From: Mycobacteriales bacterium
GTDB taxonomy: Bacteria > Actinomycetota > Actinomycetes > JAFAQI01
DNA: 64,000 nucleotides
Direction of reading: 5' to 3'
NCBI GenBank assembly: GCA_035548055.1
Contig: DASZTL010000091.1
Span: 10,923-74,922, forward strand
The position numbers and the translations under genes were made by a program. The stretch's first letter is position 1. The number at the start of each line of letters is the position of its first letter. Shown piece by piece: positions 28,253 through 39,808 of the stretch. The notes under the pieces were generated by a model. That model saw only the letters and a program-made list of their open reading frames with translations, searched no databases and was not told the origin of the DNA.

Positions 28253-28756
28253 GTGGGTATCTCGGAGAAGCTCGACGAGTTCGTCGCGATGATCGAGAAC
28301 GCTCGCGCCATGCCCATGTCCGCCTCCTGCATCCTGAATCGCAACGAGCTGCTCGAAGCCGTCGAGGAACTGCGCAAGGCGCTCCCTGAGGAGCTGCGCA
28401 AGGCGCGCGGCGTCCTTCGCGACCGCGTGACGGTCGTCGAGGAGGGCAAGATCGAAGCGGAGGCGATCCTCGCCGAGGCCGAAGCCGAGCGGGCCCGGTT
28501 GGTCTCGCGCACCGAGGTCGTCAAGGAAGCGACCCGCGAGGCCGAGCGTTTGCTGGCTGCCGCGAACGCCGAGTCCGAGCGGATGCGCCGCGAGGTCGAC
28601 GACTACGTCGATGGCAAGCTCGCGAACTTCGAGATCGTGCTCAACCGGACGCTGCACGCCGTGGAGCACGGTCGCAACAAGATCAACGGCCGACACGAGC
28701 TGGAGTCGCTCCAGGACGTCGACGAGGAAGCGGAAGTCGAGCCACTCCCGGGCTGA
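28253..28756 (+). CDS. Conserved coiled-coil protein (family often annotated as cell-division initiation / ATP synthase b-like)
   Basis: 167 aa, highly charged helical repeats (EAEAILAEAEAERARL). It occupies the conserved position between coaD and yceD. Confidence 0.65.
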   Translation: MGISEKLDEFVAMIENARAMPMSASCILNRNELLEAVEELRKALPEELRKARGVLRDRVTVVEEGKIEAEAILAEAEAERARLVSRTEVVKEATREAERLLAAANAESERMRREVDDYVDGKLANFEIVLNRTLHAVEHGRNKINGRHELESLQDVDEEAEVEPLPG

Positions 28757-28800
28757 TGATCCGACCCGCCACCGGCTGATCGGCCGTAGCCTGGATCAAC

Positions 28801-29364
28801 GTGAAGTCGCCGTTCGTCTACGACACCCGTCAACTCGGGCGTCGTGCCGGGTCGATGCGGGAGGACCACCTCGACATCCCGGCTCCTGACGGTTGGGAGC
28901 TGGGCCTGGTGAAGGTGCCGCCGGGAGCCCCGCTCGACATCGATCTGCGCCTGGAAGCGGTGATGGACGGCGTTCTGGTCACGGCGACCGCCGAGGTCCC
29001 GGTCACCGCGGAGTGTGGCCGGTGCCTCGAACCGATCGAGACCGTCGTCTCCGTGCCGGTTCAGGAGCTCTTCGGCTACGAGCCTGATCCGGCGGACGCC
29101 GAGGCGCCGGTCTTGGACGGCGATCTGCTCGACCTGGAGCCGGTGGTGCGGGATGCGGTGGTGCTCGCGCTCCCGGTGAACCCGCTGTGCGAGCCTGACT
29201 GCGAGGGCCTTTGCGCCACTTGTGGGGCTCGTATGGCCGACGTCGAGCCCGATCACCGGCACGACGAAGTTGACCCGCGATGGGCTGCCCTTGCACTCTT
29301 GAAGGACAGCAACAGCGCACATGTGCGGGCCGAGCCCGGCCCTGAAGACCCTGAGGAGAACTAG
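28801..29364 (+). CDS. YceD/DUF177 family protein
   Basis: 187 aa with CGRCLEP and C..C..LC..CG Cys clusters. It lies directly upstream of rpmF, as is typical. Confidence 0.85.
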   Translation: MKSPFVYDTRQLGRRAGSMREDHLDIPAPDGWELGLVKVPPGAPLDIDLRLEAVMDGVLVTATAEVPVTAECGRCLEPIETVVSVPVQELFGYEPDPADAEAPVLDGDLLDLEPVVRDAVVLALPVNPLCEPDCEGLCATCGARMADVEPDHRHDEVDPRWAALALLKDSNSAHVRAEPGPEDPEEN

Positions 29365-29366
29365 CC

Positions 29367-29540
29367 GTGGCCGTTCCCAAGCGCCGGATGTCGCGCAGCA
29401 ACACCCGCTCGCGACGCTCGCAGTGGAAGGCTTCCGCGCCGTCCCTCGTGGCCTGCCCGCGTTGCCGCCAGCCCAAGCTCCCGCACACCGCGTGCGGCGT
29501 CTGTGGCACCTACAACGACCGCCAGGTCGTCGCGGTCTGA
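29367..29540 (+). CDS. rpmF: 50S ribosomal protein L32
   Basis: Not in the supplied ORF track. GTG 29367 gives [31 protein letters not shown], 57 aa, stop at 29538-29540. Confidence 0.9.
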   Translation: MAVPKRRMSRSNTRSRRSQWKASAPSLVACPRCRQPKLPHTACGVCGTYNDRQVVAV

Positions 29541-29550
29541 CCGTCGGCGA

Positions 29551-29802
29551 GTGAGCACCGCTGCAGGCCTGACCGGCCCGGTGCGCGCTGCCGTGGCCCT
29601 CGTGTGTGGGGTCGAGCCGGCCGGGCTGACCCCCGAGACCACGCTGGAATCGCTTGGGGCGGACTCGCTTGCGCGGGTGAGCATCGCCGATGTGGTCGAG
29701 GCGGAGCTCGCGGAAGCCGGAACCGTCGTCCGGATCGACGACGCCACACTCGCGAAGTTCGCCACGCTCGGCGAGATCGATGCCTACCTCGCGAATGCGT
29801 AA
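29551..29802 (+). CDS. Acyl-carrier-protein-like phosphopantetheine-binding protein (orphan)
   Basis: GTG 29551, 83 aa, with an [18 protein letters not shown] serine-attachment motif. Third codon positions are mostly G/C. It is packed between rpmF (10-nt gap) and rnc (11-nt gap). Confidence 0.7.
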   Translation: MSTAAGLTGPVRAAVALVCGVEPAGLTPETTLESLGADSLARVSIADVVEAELAEAGTVVRIDDATLAKFATLGEIDAYLANA

Positions 29803-29813
29803 CGGGGCGGCGC

Positions 29814-30548
29814 ATGCCTGAGGGCGAGCCGATCGACGGCCTGATCGAGATCGTCGGTGGTGACGTCGACCGTGACCTGATCGACCTCGCGATCACCCAC
29901 CGCTCCTACGCCTACGAGAACGGTGGCGTGCCCACCAACGAGCGGCTCGAGTTCCTCGGCGACTCCGTGCTCGGTGTCGTAGTGACTGAGGAGCTGTACC
30001 GCCGCTATCCGGACCTGGCCGAAGGGCAGCTCGCGAAGCTGCGTGCGGCCGTCGTGAATGCGCGAGCGCTGGCCGGCGTCGGGCGCACGATCAACCTCGG
30101 CGGCTACGTGAAGCTCGGCCGCGGGGAGGAGAGCACGGGCGGCCGGGACAAGTCCTCGATCCTGGCCGACGCGCTCGAGGCCCTGATCGGCGCGTACTAC
30201 CTCGACCGCGGCCTGGAGGCGAGCCGCGTGCTGATCCTTCGGCTGTTCGCGGCCGCGTTGGAGGACGCGGCCGGTCTCGGCGCCGGGCTCGACTGGAAGA
30301 CCTCGTTGCAAGAGCTCGCCGCCGAACGCGGGCTGGGCGCACCCGAGTACGCCGTCGAGGAGAGCGGGCCGGACCACGCGAAGTCGTTCCGCGCGGTCGC
30401 GATGCTCGCCGGGGCGGGCGCAGGCGAGGGCGCCGGCAACAGCAAGAAGGAAGCCGAGCAGCGTGCCGCCGAGCAGGCCTGGACGGCGCTGAGCGCCGGG
30501 CCCGCGGGCGGTGCGGGCAACGCCGCCTCGCCGCCTTCGAGTGCCTGA
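29814..30548 (+). CDS. rnc: Ribonuclease III
   Basis: ATG 29814. [13 protein letters not shown] signature plus a C-terminal dsRBD ([17 protein letters not shown]). Confidence 0.92.
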   Translation: MPEGEPIDGLIEIVGGDVDRDLIDLAITHRSYAYENGGVPTNERLEFLGDSVLGVVVTEELYRRYPDLAEGQLAKLRAAVVNARALAGVGRTINLGGYVKLGRGEESTGGRDKSSILADALEALIGAYYLDRGLEASRVLILRLFAAALEDAAGLGAGLDWKTSLQELAAERGLGAPEYAVEESGPDHAKSFRAVAMLAGAGAGEGAGNSKKEAEQRAAEQAWTALSAGPAGGAGNAASPPSSA

Positions 30549-31404
30549 GCTGCCGGAGGTCGAGACCGTCCGGCGCGGTCTGGACAAGTGGGTCGTCGGA
30601 CGGCGCATCTCGGCGGTCGAGACGTTCGGGGCACGCACCCTGCGGCGCCATCCTGGCGGCGCCGCGGACTTCACCTCCCGGCTCGCGGGGCGAAGGATCG
30701 TCGCGGCGCGCCGGCGCGGCAAGTTCCTGTGGCTCCCGCTCGATGACGGCGCGAACCTGCTGGCGCACCTTGGGATGTCAGGCCAGCTTCTCGCGGTTCC
30801 GCAGGGCTCAGAACCCAGCCGCCACGCCAAGGCGCGGTTCGAGTTCGACGACGGCGGCATGGAGCTTCGGTTCTGCGACCAGCGAACTTTCGGCGGGCTC
30901 GCCCTCGCTGCGGCGGACCTCACCGACGACGGGGTCCCCACGGTGCTCAGTCACGTTGCGCCGGACCCGCTCGAGCCGGCCTTCGATCCCGTGCGGTTTG
31001 CGGCGGCCCTGCGACGGCGGCGCACCGGGATCAAGCGCGCGATCTTGGACCAGACGCTGATCTCGGGCATCGGCAACATCTACGCCGACGAGGCGCTCTG
31101 GCGGGCGAAGCTGCATTTCGCCCGCGCAACCGAGCGGCTGCGGCGGCCGGACGTGGACCGCCTGCTCACGGCGGTCAACGAGGTCCTGCGCGCGGCCATC
31201 GACGCCGGCGGTACGTCGTTCGACGCGTTGTACGTCGCGGTCAACGGCGAGAGCGGATGGTTCGACCGCGCGCTGGAGGCGTACGGCCGGGACGGCGAGC
31301 CCTGTTCGCGGTGCGGGACGCCGATCGTCCGGGTCCGGTTCACGAACCGCTCGTCGTACTTCTGCCCGAGATGCCAACCGCGACCGAGAAATGGACACTG
31401 GTAG
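30541..31404 (+). CDS. mutM: Formamidopyrimidine-DNA glycosylase
   Basis: GTG 30541 gives [15 protein letters not shown]2TH region and C-terminal zinc finger (CSRCG..CPRCQ). Confidence 0.9.
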   Translation: MPELPEVETVRRGLDKWVVGRRISAVETFGARTLRRHPGGAADFTSRLAGRRIVAARRRGKFLWLPLDDGANLLAHLGMSGQLLAVPQGSEPSRHAKARFEFDDGGMELRFCDQRTFGGLALAAADLTDDGVPTVLSHVAPDPLEPAFDPVRFAAALRRRRTGIKRAILDQTLISGIGNIYADEALWRAKLHFARATERLRRPDVDRLLTAVNEVLRAAIDAGGTSFDALYVAVNGESGWFDRALEAYGRDGEPCSRCGTPIVRVRFTNRSSYFCPRCQPRPRNGHW

Positions 31405-31610
31405 CGCTCGGCGCCCGGGCGGGCAGGGGAACCGGCAGTCGCCAGCTATTGACCGTCACCCGTCGTGGCGGCACACTTGACTTGCTGCGTCCTGTACCTG
31501 ATCCACAAGGTGCGGAGTCCAGCGTCACCAGTCGGGGGCTCGCCCGTCCACCCATATCGGGGTGTCCGGCGAGTCTGCGACGTGTCCTCACCGTGGAGGA
31601 TCGGCAACAA

Positions 31611-31847
31611 ATGGCGAAAGCCCTTCTGGGTCATGTCGGGAACGGTCTCGACCTTCGTATGGCGACCGAGATGAAGCGGCTCCGCGACCGGGTTCGGGAT
31701 CTCGAGACCGAGGTCATCCGGCTGCGTGCAGAGAACGCTGAGCTGTCTTCGCTCGCTCGAGTCGACGAGGAGATGCTCCGATTCTCGGTCGAGCGGAGCC
31801 TCACCGTCGCCGACCCGGTCCGAGATATCGAGCCCGCACTCACTTAG
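31611..31847 (+). CDS. Small coiled-coil protein (hypothetical)
   Basis: ATG 31611 lies 10 nt after GGAGGA. 78 aa, MAKALLGHVG..EMKRLRDRVRDLETEVIRLRAENAEL. It is preceded by about 200 nt of non-coding DNA. Confidence 0.55.
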   Translation: MAKALLGHVGNGLDLRMATEMKRLRDRVRDLETEVIRLRAENAELSSLARVDEEMLRFSVERSLTVADPVRDIEPALT

Positions 31848-31954
31848 CTCGCCCTCGGCGGTTGACGACCCGCCTGCGACGAATGACGCCGTCGACGCGG
31901 TAGCGTGGCGGCTGGTCTTCCCCGCCTGACCATCTCAACCCGGGAGTCTCACGG

Positions 31955-34900
31955 GTGCATCTTGCGAGCTTGACCCTTCGGGGTTTCAAGTCCTTCGCGT
32001 CGTCGACCACGCTGCGCTTCGAGCCCGGCGTCACCGCGATTGTCGGGCCGAACGGCTCCGGCAAGTCCAACGTCGTCGACGCGATCGCTTGGGTGCTGGG
32101 TGAGCAGGGCGCGAAGTCGCTGCGCGGCGGCAAGATGGAAGACGTCATCTTCGCCGGCACCGCCGGGCGCCCAGCACTCGGTCGCGCCGAGGTCGTGCTC
32201 ACGATCGACAACACCGACGGCGCGCTCCCGATCGACTTCACCGAGGTGACCCTGTCGCGGACCATGTTCCGCAACGGCGGTTCCGAGTACGCCATCAACG
32301 GGTCGCCTTGCCGGCTGCTGGACATCCAGGAGCTGCTCTCGGACTCCGGAATCGGTCGCGAGATGCACGTCATCGTCGGCCAGGGTCAGCTCGATGCGAT
32401 CTTGTCCGCCACGCCGGAGGAGCGCCGGGGGTTCATCGAGGAGGCGGCCGGCGTCCTCAAGCACCGAAAGCGCAAGGAGAAGGCGCTTCGCAAGCTCGAC
32501 GCCATGCAGGTCAACCTCAACCGGCTCAACGACCTGACCGCCGAGCTCCGCCGCCAGCTCAAGCCGCTCGGCCAGCAGGCCGATGTCGCGCGGCGTGCGT
32601 CGGTGATTCAGGCCGACCTGCGCGACGCCCGGCTGCGGTTGCTGGCCGACGACCTCATCTCGATGAAGGGGGCGTTCGAGGCGGAGGTGGCCGACGAGAC
32701 GGCACTTCTCGAGCGGCGCAGCCGGGTCGAGACCTCCTTGACCGCGGCCACTGCCCGCGAGGGGGAGCTGGACGCGGCGCTGGCCTCGCAGACTCCGCAG
32801 CTCGCTCGGGCACAGGAAACCTGGTACCGCCTCTCAGGCCTGCGCGAGCGGCTTCGCGGCACGGCGTCGCTGGCGAACGAGCGGCAGCGCCACACCGCGA
32901 TCGCGGTCGACCTGGGCACCGGCGGCCGCGACCCGATGGCCTGGCAGACCGAGATCGACCAGTTGCGCCTCGAAGCCGGCGAGGTCGAGGGCGTGCTGCA
33001 GGCCGACCGGGATCGGCTCGCGTCAGCCGAGGTCGAGCGACAGCGTCTCGAAGCCTCGCTCGCTGCCCAGGAGCAGGCGCTCGCCACCGCGCGGCGGGCG
33101 TTCGCCGATCAGCGCGAGGGCCGGGTACGCCTGCAGGGCGAGGTCGAGGCGATGCGGACCCGCGCCCGTGCCGCCGAGGACGAGATCGGCCGGCTGTCCG
33201 TCGCACTCGAGGCCGCGCAAACGCGCGCCGCCAGCGCGGCGACCGAGTTCGCGGCGCTGGAAGGCGAGGTCGCCGGGCTGGACGCCGGCGAGGTCGACCT
33301 CGATGCCGCGCACGAGTCCGCCGCCGCAGCTCTCGCGGCTGCAGAGGAAGCGCTGTCCGCGTTGCAGGAGGAGGAGCGGGAGACCGAACGGCAGCGCAGC
33401 GCGGTCGCCGCCCGCCGTGACGCCCTCGCGCTCGGCCTGGACCGCAAGGACGCGGCCGCGGCACTGCTCGGTGCTCGGGACAAGCTTCCCGGGCTGCTCG
33501 GCAGGGTCGCCGAGCTCGTCGAGGTCGAAGCCGGCTACGAGGCCGCTGTCGCCGCAGCCCTCGGCGCCGCGGCGGACGCCGTGGCCGTCCGATCGCTCGC
33601 TGACGCCGCAGCGGCAATCGTGCTGCTCAGGGAGCAGGACGGCGGTCGGGCCGGACTGCTGGTCGCCGGTGCCGGCGCGCAGCAGAGCACCGCGGTCCCG
33701 GCCGGCGCGCGAGCGGCGCTCGACGCGATCACCGCTCCCGACGCGGTCCGCTCGGCGCTCGCTGTGTTGCTGGCGTCGACAGTGGTGGTCGACGACGCGG
33801 ACTCGGCGCAGCGCCTCGTCACGGAACACAGCCAGCTGCGCGCCGTCACGCGAGACGGCGACCTGTTCGGCACCGGCTGGGCCGCCGGTGGTTCGCATGC
33901 GACCCCGTCTCTGCTGGAGATCCGGGCGGCGCACAGCGAGGCGGAGCAGAAGCTCGAAGAGCTGTCGCACCATGCGGAGCGGCTGCGGTTCGCACTCGGT
34001 GGCGCGTCGGAGGACGTGGCGGCACGACGCGAGGAGCTCGACTCCGCAGTCGCGGCGTTGCACGAGTCGGATGCTCGGCTCGCGGCGGTCGCCGAGAAGC
34101 TGGGTCAGCTCGGCGCCGCTGCCCGGGCCACCGCAGGGGAGAGCGAGCGACTCGCCCGCGCCGTCGAGGAAGCATCCGACGCGCGCGACCGCGACCTGCA
34201 AGGTCTGACCGCGCTCGAGGAGCGGTTGGCCGCTGCCGAGGCGATGCCGGCTGACGCGGCGCCGGATGAAGCCGAACGCGACCAGGTCGGGCAGCTCGTG
34301 GTTGCCGCGCGCGCGCGCGAGCTCGAGGCCCGCCTCGCCGTCCGTACCGACGAAGAGCGCCGCAGCGCGCTGACGGCCCGAATCGAGCAGCTCGAGGCGG
34401 CGGCCGAGGCCGAGCGCGCTGCGCGGGAGCGAGCAGCCGAGCTCGTGCGCCGTCGAGCGCGCGAGGCGGTCGTCGCGGCGGCGGTCTCGAAGGCGGCGGC
34501 CGCGGCGTTGACCGCGCTCGAGGAGTCCTTGCGCGCCGCTGCTGCACAACGCGAGTCGATCGAGCAGCAGCGCACGATCACGGAGGGTGAGCTGCTGTCG
34601 GTTCGTACCTCGATCCGGGATCTGAGCGCCGAGCTGGAGACCCTCACCGGTGCCGTGCACCGCGACGAGATCGCGCGCGCCGAGCAACGGCTGCGGATCG
34701 AGGCCATCGAAGCGAAGGTCGCCGAAGAGTTCGGCATCGAGACCGAGACGCTGCTCACCGAGTACGGCCCGGACGTCGCCGTGCCGCCGCCGGCGGACGG
34801 CGGCCCTGAAGCGGTCGCGACGCCGTACGACCGCGTCGTGCAGGAGAAGCGCCTGAAGGCCGCTGAGCGCGCGTTGGCTTTGCTGGGCAAGGTCAACCCG

Positions 34901-35497
34901 CTGGCGCTGGAGGAGTTCGCCGCGCTCGAGGAGCGCCACAAGTTCCTCTCTGACCAGCTGGAAGATCTCAAGGCATCGCGTCGGGATCTGCTCGTCGTCG
35001 TCAAGGAGGTCGACGAGCGGGTCGAGCAGGTCTTTCGCGAGGCCTACGAGGACGTTGCCCGTGAGTTCGAGACCGTCTTCTCGGTGTTGTTCCCAGGTGG
35101 GTCGGGGAAGCTGGTGCGCACCGACCCCGATGACTGGCTGCTCACCGGCGTGGACGTCGAGGCTCGCCCGCCCGGCAAGAAGATCAAGCGGCTGTCGTTG
35201 CTGTCCGGCGGCGAGCGCTCGCTGACGGCGGTGGCCCTGCTGGTCGCGATCTTCCGCGCCCGCCCTTCGCCGTTCTACGTCCTGGACGAGGTGGAGGCTG
35301 CTCTGGACGACCGCAACCTGTTGCGGCTCGTCAGCCTCATCTCGGAGCTGAAGTCGACATCGCAGCTCATCGTCGTCACGCATCAGAAGCGGACGATGGA
35401 GGTCGCCGACTCGCTGTACGGCGTCTCGATGCGCGGCGACGGGATCACCGAGGTGATCAGCCAGCGACTGCGCGAGCCTGAACCGGAGCCCGTCTAG
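31955..35497 (+). CDS. smc: Chromosome segregation protein SMC
   Basis: 1180 aa with Walker A GPNGSGKSN, long coiled coils with a hinge, LSGGE signature and Walker B FYVLDEVEAALD. Confidence 0.95.
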   Translation: MHLASLTLRGFKSFASSTTLRFEPGVTAIVGPNGSGKSNVVDAIAWVLGEQGAKSLRGGKMEDVIFAGTAGRPALGRAEVVLTIDNTDGALPIDFTEVTLSRTMFRNGGSEYAINGSPCRLLDIQELLSDSGIGREMHVIVGQGQLDAILSATPEERRGFIEEAAGVLKHRKRKEKALRKLDAMQVNLNRLNDLTAELRRQLKPLGQQADVARRASVIQADLRDARLRLLADDLISMKGAFEAEVADETALLERRSRVETSLTAATAREGELDAALASQTPQLARAQETWYRLSGLRERLRGTASLANERQRHTAIAVDLGTGGRDPMAWQTEIDQLRLEAGEVEGVLQADRDRLASAEVERQRLEASLAAQEQALATARRAFADQREGRVRLQGEVEAMRTRARAAEDEIGRLSVALEAAQTRAASAATEFAALEGEVAGLDAGEVDLDAAHESAAAALAAAEEALSALQEEERETERQRSAVAARRDALALGLDRKDAAAALLGARDKLPGLLGRVAELVEVEAGYEAAVAAALGAAADAVAVRSLADAAAAIVLLREQDGGRAGLLVAGAGAQQSTAVPAGARAALDAITAPDAVRSALAVLLASTVVVDDADSAQRLVTEHSQLRAVTRDGDLFGTGWAAGGSHATPSLLEIRAAHSEAEQKLEELSHHAERLRFALGGASEDVAARREELDSAVAALHESDARLAAVAEKLGQLGAAARATAGESERLARAVEEASDARDRDLQGLTALEERLAAAEAMPADAAPDEAERDQVGQLVVAARARELEARLAVRTDEERRSALTARIEQLEAAAEAERAARERAAELVRRRAREAVVAAAVSKAAAAALTALEESLRAAAAQRESIEQQRTITEGELLSVRTSIRDLSAELETLTGAVHRDEIARAEQRLRIEAIEAKVAEEFGIETETLLTEYGPDVAVPPPADGGPEAVATPYDRVVQEKRLKAAERALALLGKVNPLALEEFAALEERHKFLSDQLEDLKASRRDLLVVVKEVDERVEQVFREAYEDVAREFETVFSVLFPGGSGKLVRTDPDDWLLTGVDVEARPPGKKIKRLSLLSGGERSLTAVALLVAIFRARPSPFYVLDEVEAALDDRNLLRLVSLISELKSTSQLIVVTHQKRTMEVADSLYGVSMRGDGITEVISQRLREPEPEPV

Positions 35498-36652
35498 ATG
35501 GTCTACGTCATCGTCGGCATCGTCGTCGGAGTTCTCCTCGTCGGTGCCTTGCTCGGACTTGTCCTCGCGCCGTCACGGCGACGCGGCAAGGTGGTCGATA
35601 CGCCGGCTCCGAAGGCGCCACCTGCTCCGCCACCGGTCCAGACGTCACCCGTCGAGACCGAAGCTCCCGCGCCTCCGCCGGCAGCGGCTCCGGCAGCGGC
35701 TCCGGCAGCGCACCCTGAGGTCGAGCGGCCCGAGCCGTCAGCCGGCCGGTTGGTCCGGCTGCGCGGCCGGCTCGCCGGCTCGCAGTCGGCCCTCGGTCGT
35801 GGCCTGTTCACACTGCTGTCGCGCGACGTCATCGACGACGACGTCTGGGAAGAGGTCGAGGACACGCTGCTCACCAGCGACATCGGGCTCACCGCGACGA
35901 ACGAGATCGTCGCTGCCCTGCGCGAGCAGGTCCGGGTGATGGGTGCCCGGACTGCCGATGACGTCCGCACGATGCTGCGGGACACCTTGCTCGTCGCGGT
36001 CGGCGGCGATGCCGACCGCGCGCTTCGAACCGCGCCCCATGACGGGCGCCCTGCCGTCGTACTCGTCGTGGGCGTGAACGGCACCGGCAAGACCACCACC
36101 TGCGGCAAGCTCGCCCGCGTCCTCGTCGGTGACGGCGGCACCGTGCTGCTGGGGGCGGCCGACACCTTCCGCGCCGCCGCTGCCGACCAGCTCTCGACCT
36201 GGGCCGAGCGGGTCGGGGCGTCCGTCGTACGCGGGCCCGAGGGCGCCGATCCGGCCAGCGTCGCCTTCGACGCCGTTCACGACGGTGTCGAACAGGCCGT
36301 CGACACCGTCGTGATCGACACGGCCGGCCGGCTGCACACCAAGACCGGCCTGATGGACGAGCTGGGGAAGGTCAAGCGCGTAGTCGAGCGAGAGGCGCCG
36401 GTCGACGAGGTCCTCTTGGTGCTCGATGCGACGACCGGCCAGAACGGCCTGATCCAGGCGCGAGTCTTCGCCGAGGTGGTCGACGTCACCGGCATCGTCC
36501 TGACGAAGCTAGACGGCACCGCGAAGGGTGGCATCGTCATCGCGGTGCAACGTGAGCTCGGGGTGCCGGTCAAGCTGGTCGGACTCGGCGAAGGCCCCGA
36601 CGACCTCGCGCCGTTCGATCCGGAGATCTTCGTGGACGCCCTGCTGCCCTAG
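35498..36652 (+). CDS. ftsY: Signal recognition particle receptor FtsY
   Basis: N-terminal TM segment and a Pro/Ala-rich linker. NG domain has GVNGTGKTTT, DTAGR and TKLDG. Confidence 0.92.
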   Translation: MVYVIVGIVVGVLLVGALLGLVLAPSRRRGKVVDTPAPKAPPAPPPVQTSPVETEAPAPPPAAAPAAAPAAHPEVERPEPSAGRLVRLRGRLAGSQSALGRGLFTLLSRDVIDDDVWEEVEDTLLTSDIGLTATNEIVAALREQVRVMGARTADDVRTMLRDTLLVAVGGDADRALRTAPHDGRPAVVLVVGVNGTGKTTTCGKLARVLVGDGGTVLLGAADTFRAAAADQLSTWAERVGASVVRGPEGADPASVAFDAVHDGVEQAVDTVVIDTAGRLHTKTGLMDELGKVKRVVEREAPVDEVLLVLDATTGQNGLIQARVFAEVVDVTGIVLTKLDGTAKGGIVIAVQRELGVPVKLVGLGEGPDDLAPFDPEIFVDALLP

Positions 36653-36681
36653 GAGGGCAGCAATCATCCTGCGGCCGTGAT

Positions 36682-36719
36682 GTAACTCCCGCGAAACACG
36701 CGCGTACGGGTCGCGCAAC
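36682..36719 (+). promoter_or_regulatory. Double GlnR box upstream of amt
   Basis: GTAAC-n6-GAAAC-n6-GTACG-n6-GCAAC fits the published actinomycete GlnR a-site/b-site pattern (gTnAc-n6-GaAAc, twice). It ends 55 nt upstream of ATG 36774. Confidence 0.6.
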
Positions 36720-36773
36720 ACCCGCCCGGTTTCCTCTTGCAATCAGTCCGTGCAGGAGGGAGCGCTCGACCCC

Positions 36774-38455
<1,682 letters not shown>

Positions 38456-38490
38456 CTCCGATCGACCGACTCGCCCTGCCAGGGGCAGGT

Positions 38491-38527
38491 GTGTTCGGCG
38501 GTGACCTCTAGGGTTACCGCCGAACAC
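38491..38527 (+). other. Long hairpin between glnK and the second amt gene
   Basis: GTGTTCGGCGGTGACC / GGTTACCGCCGAACAC form a 16-bp stem with one mismatch and a loop of about 5 nt. There is no U-tract. A smaller CCTGCC-agg-GGCAGG hairpin precedes it. Confidence 0.6.
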
Positions 38528-38547
38528 ATCGATGGGGGAGAAGCCGC

Positions 38548-39801
38548 GTGAATGCTGGAGACACCGCGTGGGTGCTCGGCTCTGCTGCACTAGTGCTGTT
38601 CATGACGCCGGGGCTGGCGCTGTTCTACGGCGGCATGATCCGCACCAAGAACGTGCTGGCGATGATCGTCGCGAACTTCGCCACCATCGGCGTCGTCAGC
38701 ATCGTCTGGGCGGTGGTTGCGTACTCGATTGCCTTCGGCCCTGACGCCGGCCATGGCTTGCTCGGCAACCTTCACCTCGCCGGACTCGCCCACCCAGAGA
38801 TGCAGGTGCCCGGCTTCCAGCTGACGGTGCCGCCGCTGGCCTTCGCGGCATTCCAGATGATGTTTGCGGTCATCACCGCCGCACTGCTCACCGGCACGGT
38901 GGCAGAGCGAGCCAAGTTCGGCGCGTTCCTGCTGTTCGCCGTCCTGTGGCTTGTCATCGTCTACGCGCCGATCGCTCATTGGGTCTTCTCGCCGGCTGGC
39001 TGGCTCGCCAAGAAAGGCGTTCTCGACTTCGCCGGCGGCAACGTCGTCGAGATCGACTCCGGCGCCTCCGCGCTTGCGCTCGCGCTCGTCATCGGCCGGC
39101 GCAAAGGCTGGCCGCGCGAGGTCATCGCGCCGCACTCGCTTCCGTTCACGATGCTGGGCGCCGGCATCCTGTGGTTCGGCTGGTTCGGCTTCAACGCCGG
39201 CAGCGCACTTGCCTCCGGCGCGCTCGCTTCGCAGGCGCTGGTCGGCACACAGCTCGCGGCATCAGCCGGGATGCTCGCGTGGCTGGTCCTCGAGAAGGCA
39301 CGCACCGGCAAAGCCACCACCCTTGGCGCGGCCTCCGGGGCCGTCGCGGGGCTCGTCGCGATCACGCCTGCGTGCGGGTTCGTGAACAGCATGGCGTCGA
39401 TCCTGATCGGAGCCGCCGGCGGAGCCGTGTCGTTGTTCGCCTGCAGCTTCAAGCATCGGGGCGGGTACGACGACTCGCTCGACGTGGTGGGCGTGCACGG
39501 CGCGGCCGGCCTTGTGGGCACGTTGCTCGTCGGCGTGTTCGCCACGACGAAGGTGAACGGGGCTATCAAGTACGACGGCCTCGTTCACGGCCACAGCTTC
39601 CACCTGCTCGGCGTACAGGCGCTCGCGGTCGTCGTCACGATCGCGTGGGCGTTCACGATGACCTACCTCATCGCCACCCTCGTACAGAAGACGATGGGGC
39701 TGCGCGTCACCGAAGCTGCGGAGGTCGAAGGCCTCGACACGGTCCTGCACGCCGAGTCGGCGTACGACTTCGGCAACACCCGCGCAGCGCGCCTCGGCTG
39801 A
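38548..39801 (+). CDS. Second ammonium transporter (Amt paralog)
   Basis: GTG 38548 follows GGGGGAG. 417 aa, DTAWVLGSAALVLFMTPGLALFYGG, FGFNAGS. It is inserted between glnK and glnD. Confidence 0.88.
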   Translation: MNAGDTAWVLGSAALVLFMTPGLALFYGGMIRTKNVLAMIVANFATIGVVSIVWAVVAYSIAFGPDAGHGLLGNLHLAGLAHPEMQVPGFQLTVPPLAFAAFQMMFAVITAALLTGTVAERAKFGAFLLFAVLWLVIVYAPIAHWVFSPAGWLAKKGVLDFAGGNVVEIDSGASALALALVIGRRKGWPREVIAPHSLPFTMLGAGILWFGWFGFNAGSALASGALASQALVGTQLAASAGMLAWLVLEKARTGKATTLGAASGAVAGLVAITPACGFVNSMASILIGAAGGAVSLFACSFKHRGGYDDSLDVVGVHGAAGLVGTLLVGVFATTKVNGAIKYDGLVHGHSFHLLGVQALAVVVTIAWAFTMTYLIATLVQKTMGLRVTEAAEVEGLDTVLHAESAYDFGNTRAARLG

Positions 39802-39808
39802 CCGGCTC

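Noticed and set aside
38456-38547. A second GlnR box in front of the second amt gene.
   Set aside because: Only isolated GTGAC/GTTAC half-sites are present, inside the hairpin arms. No a-site-n6-b-site arrangement is visible.
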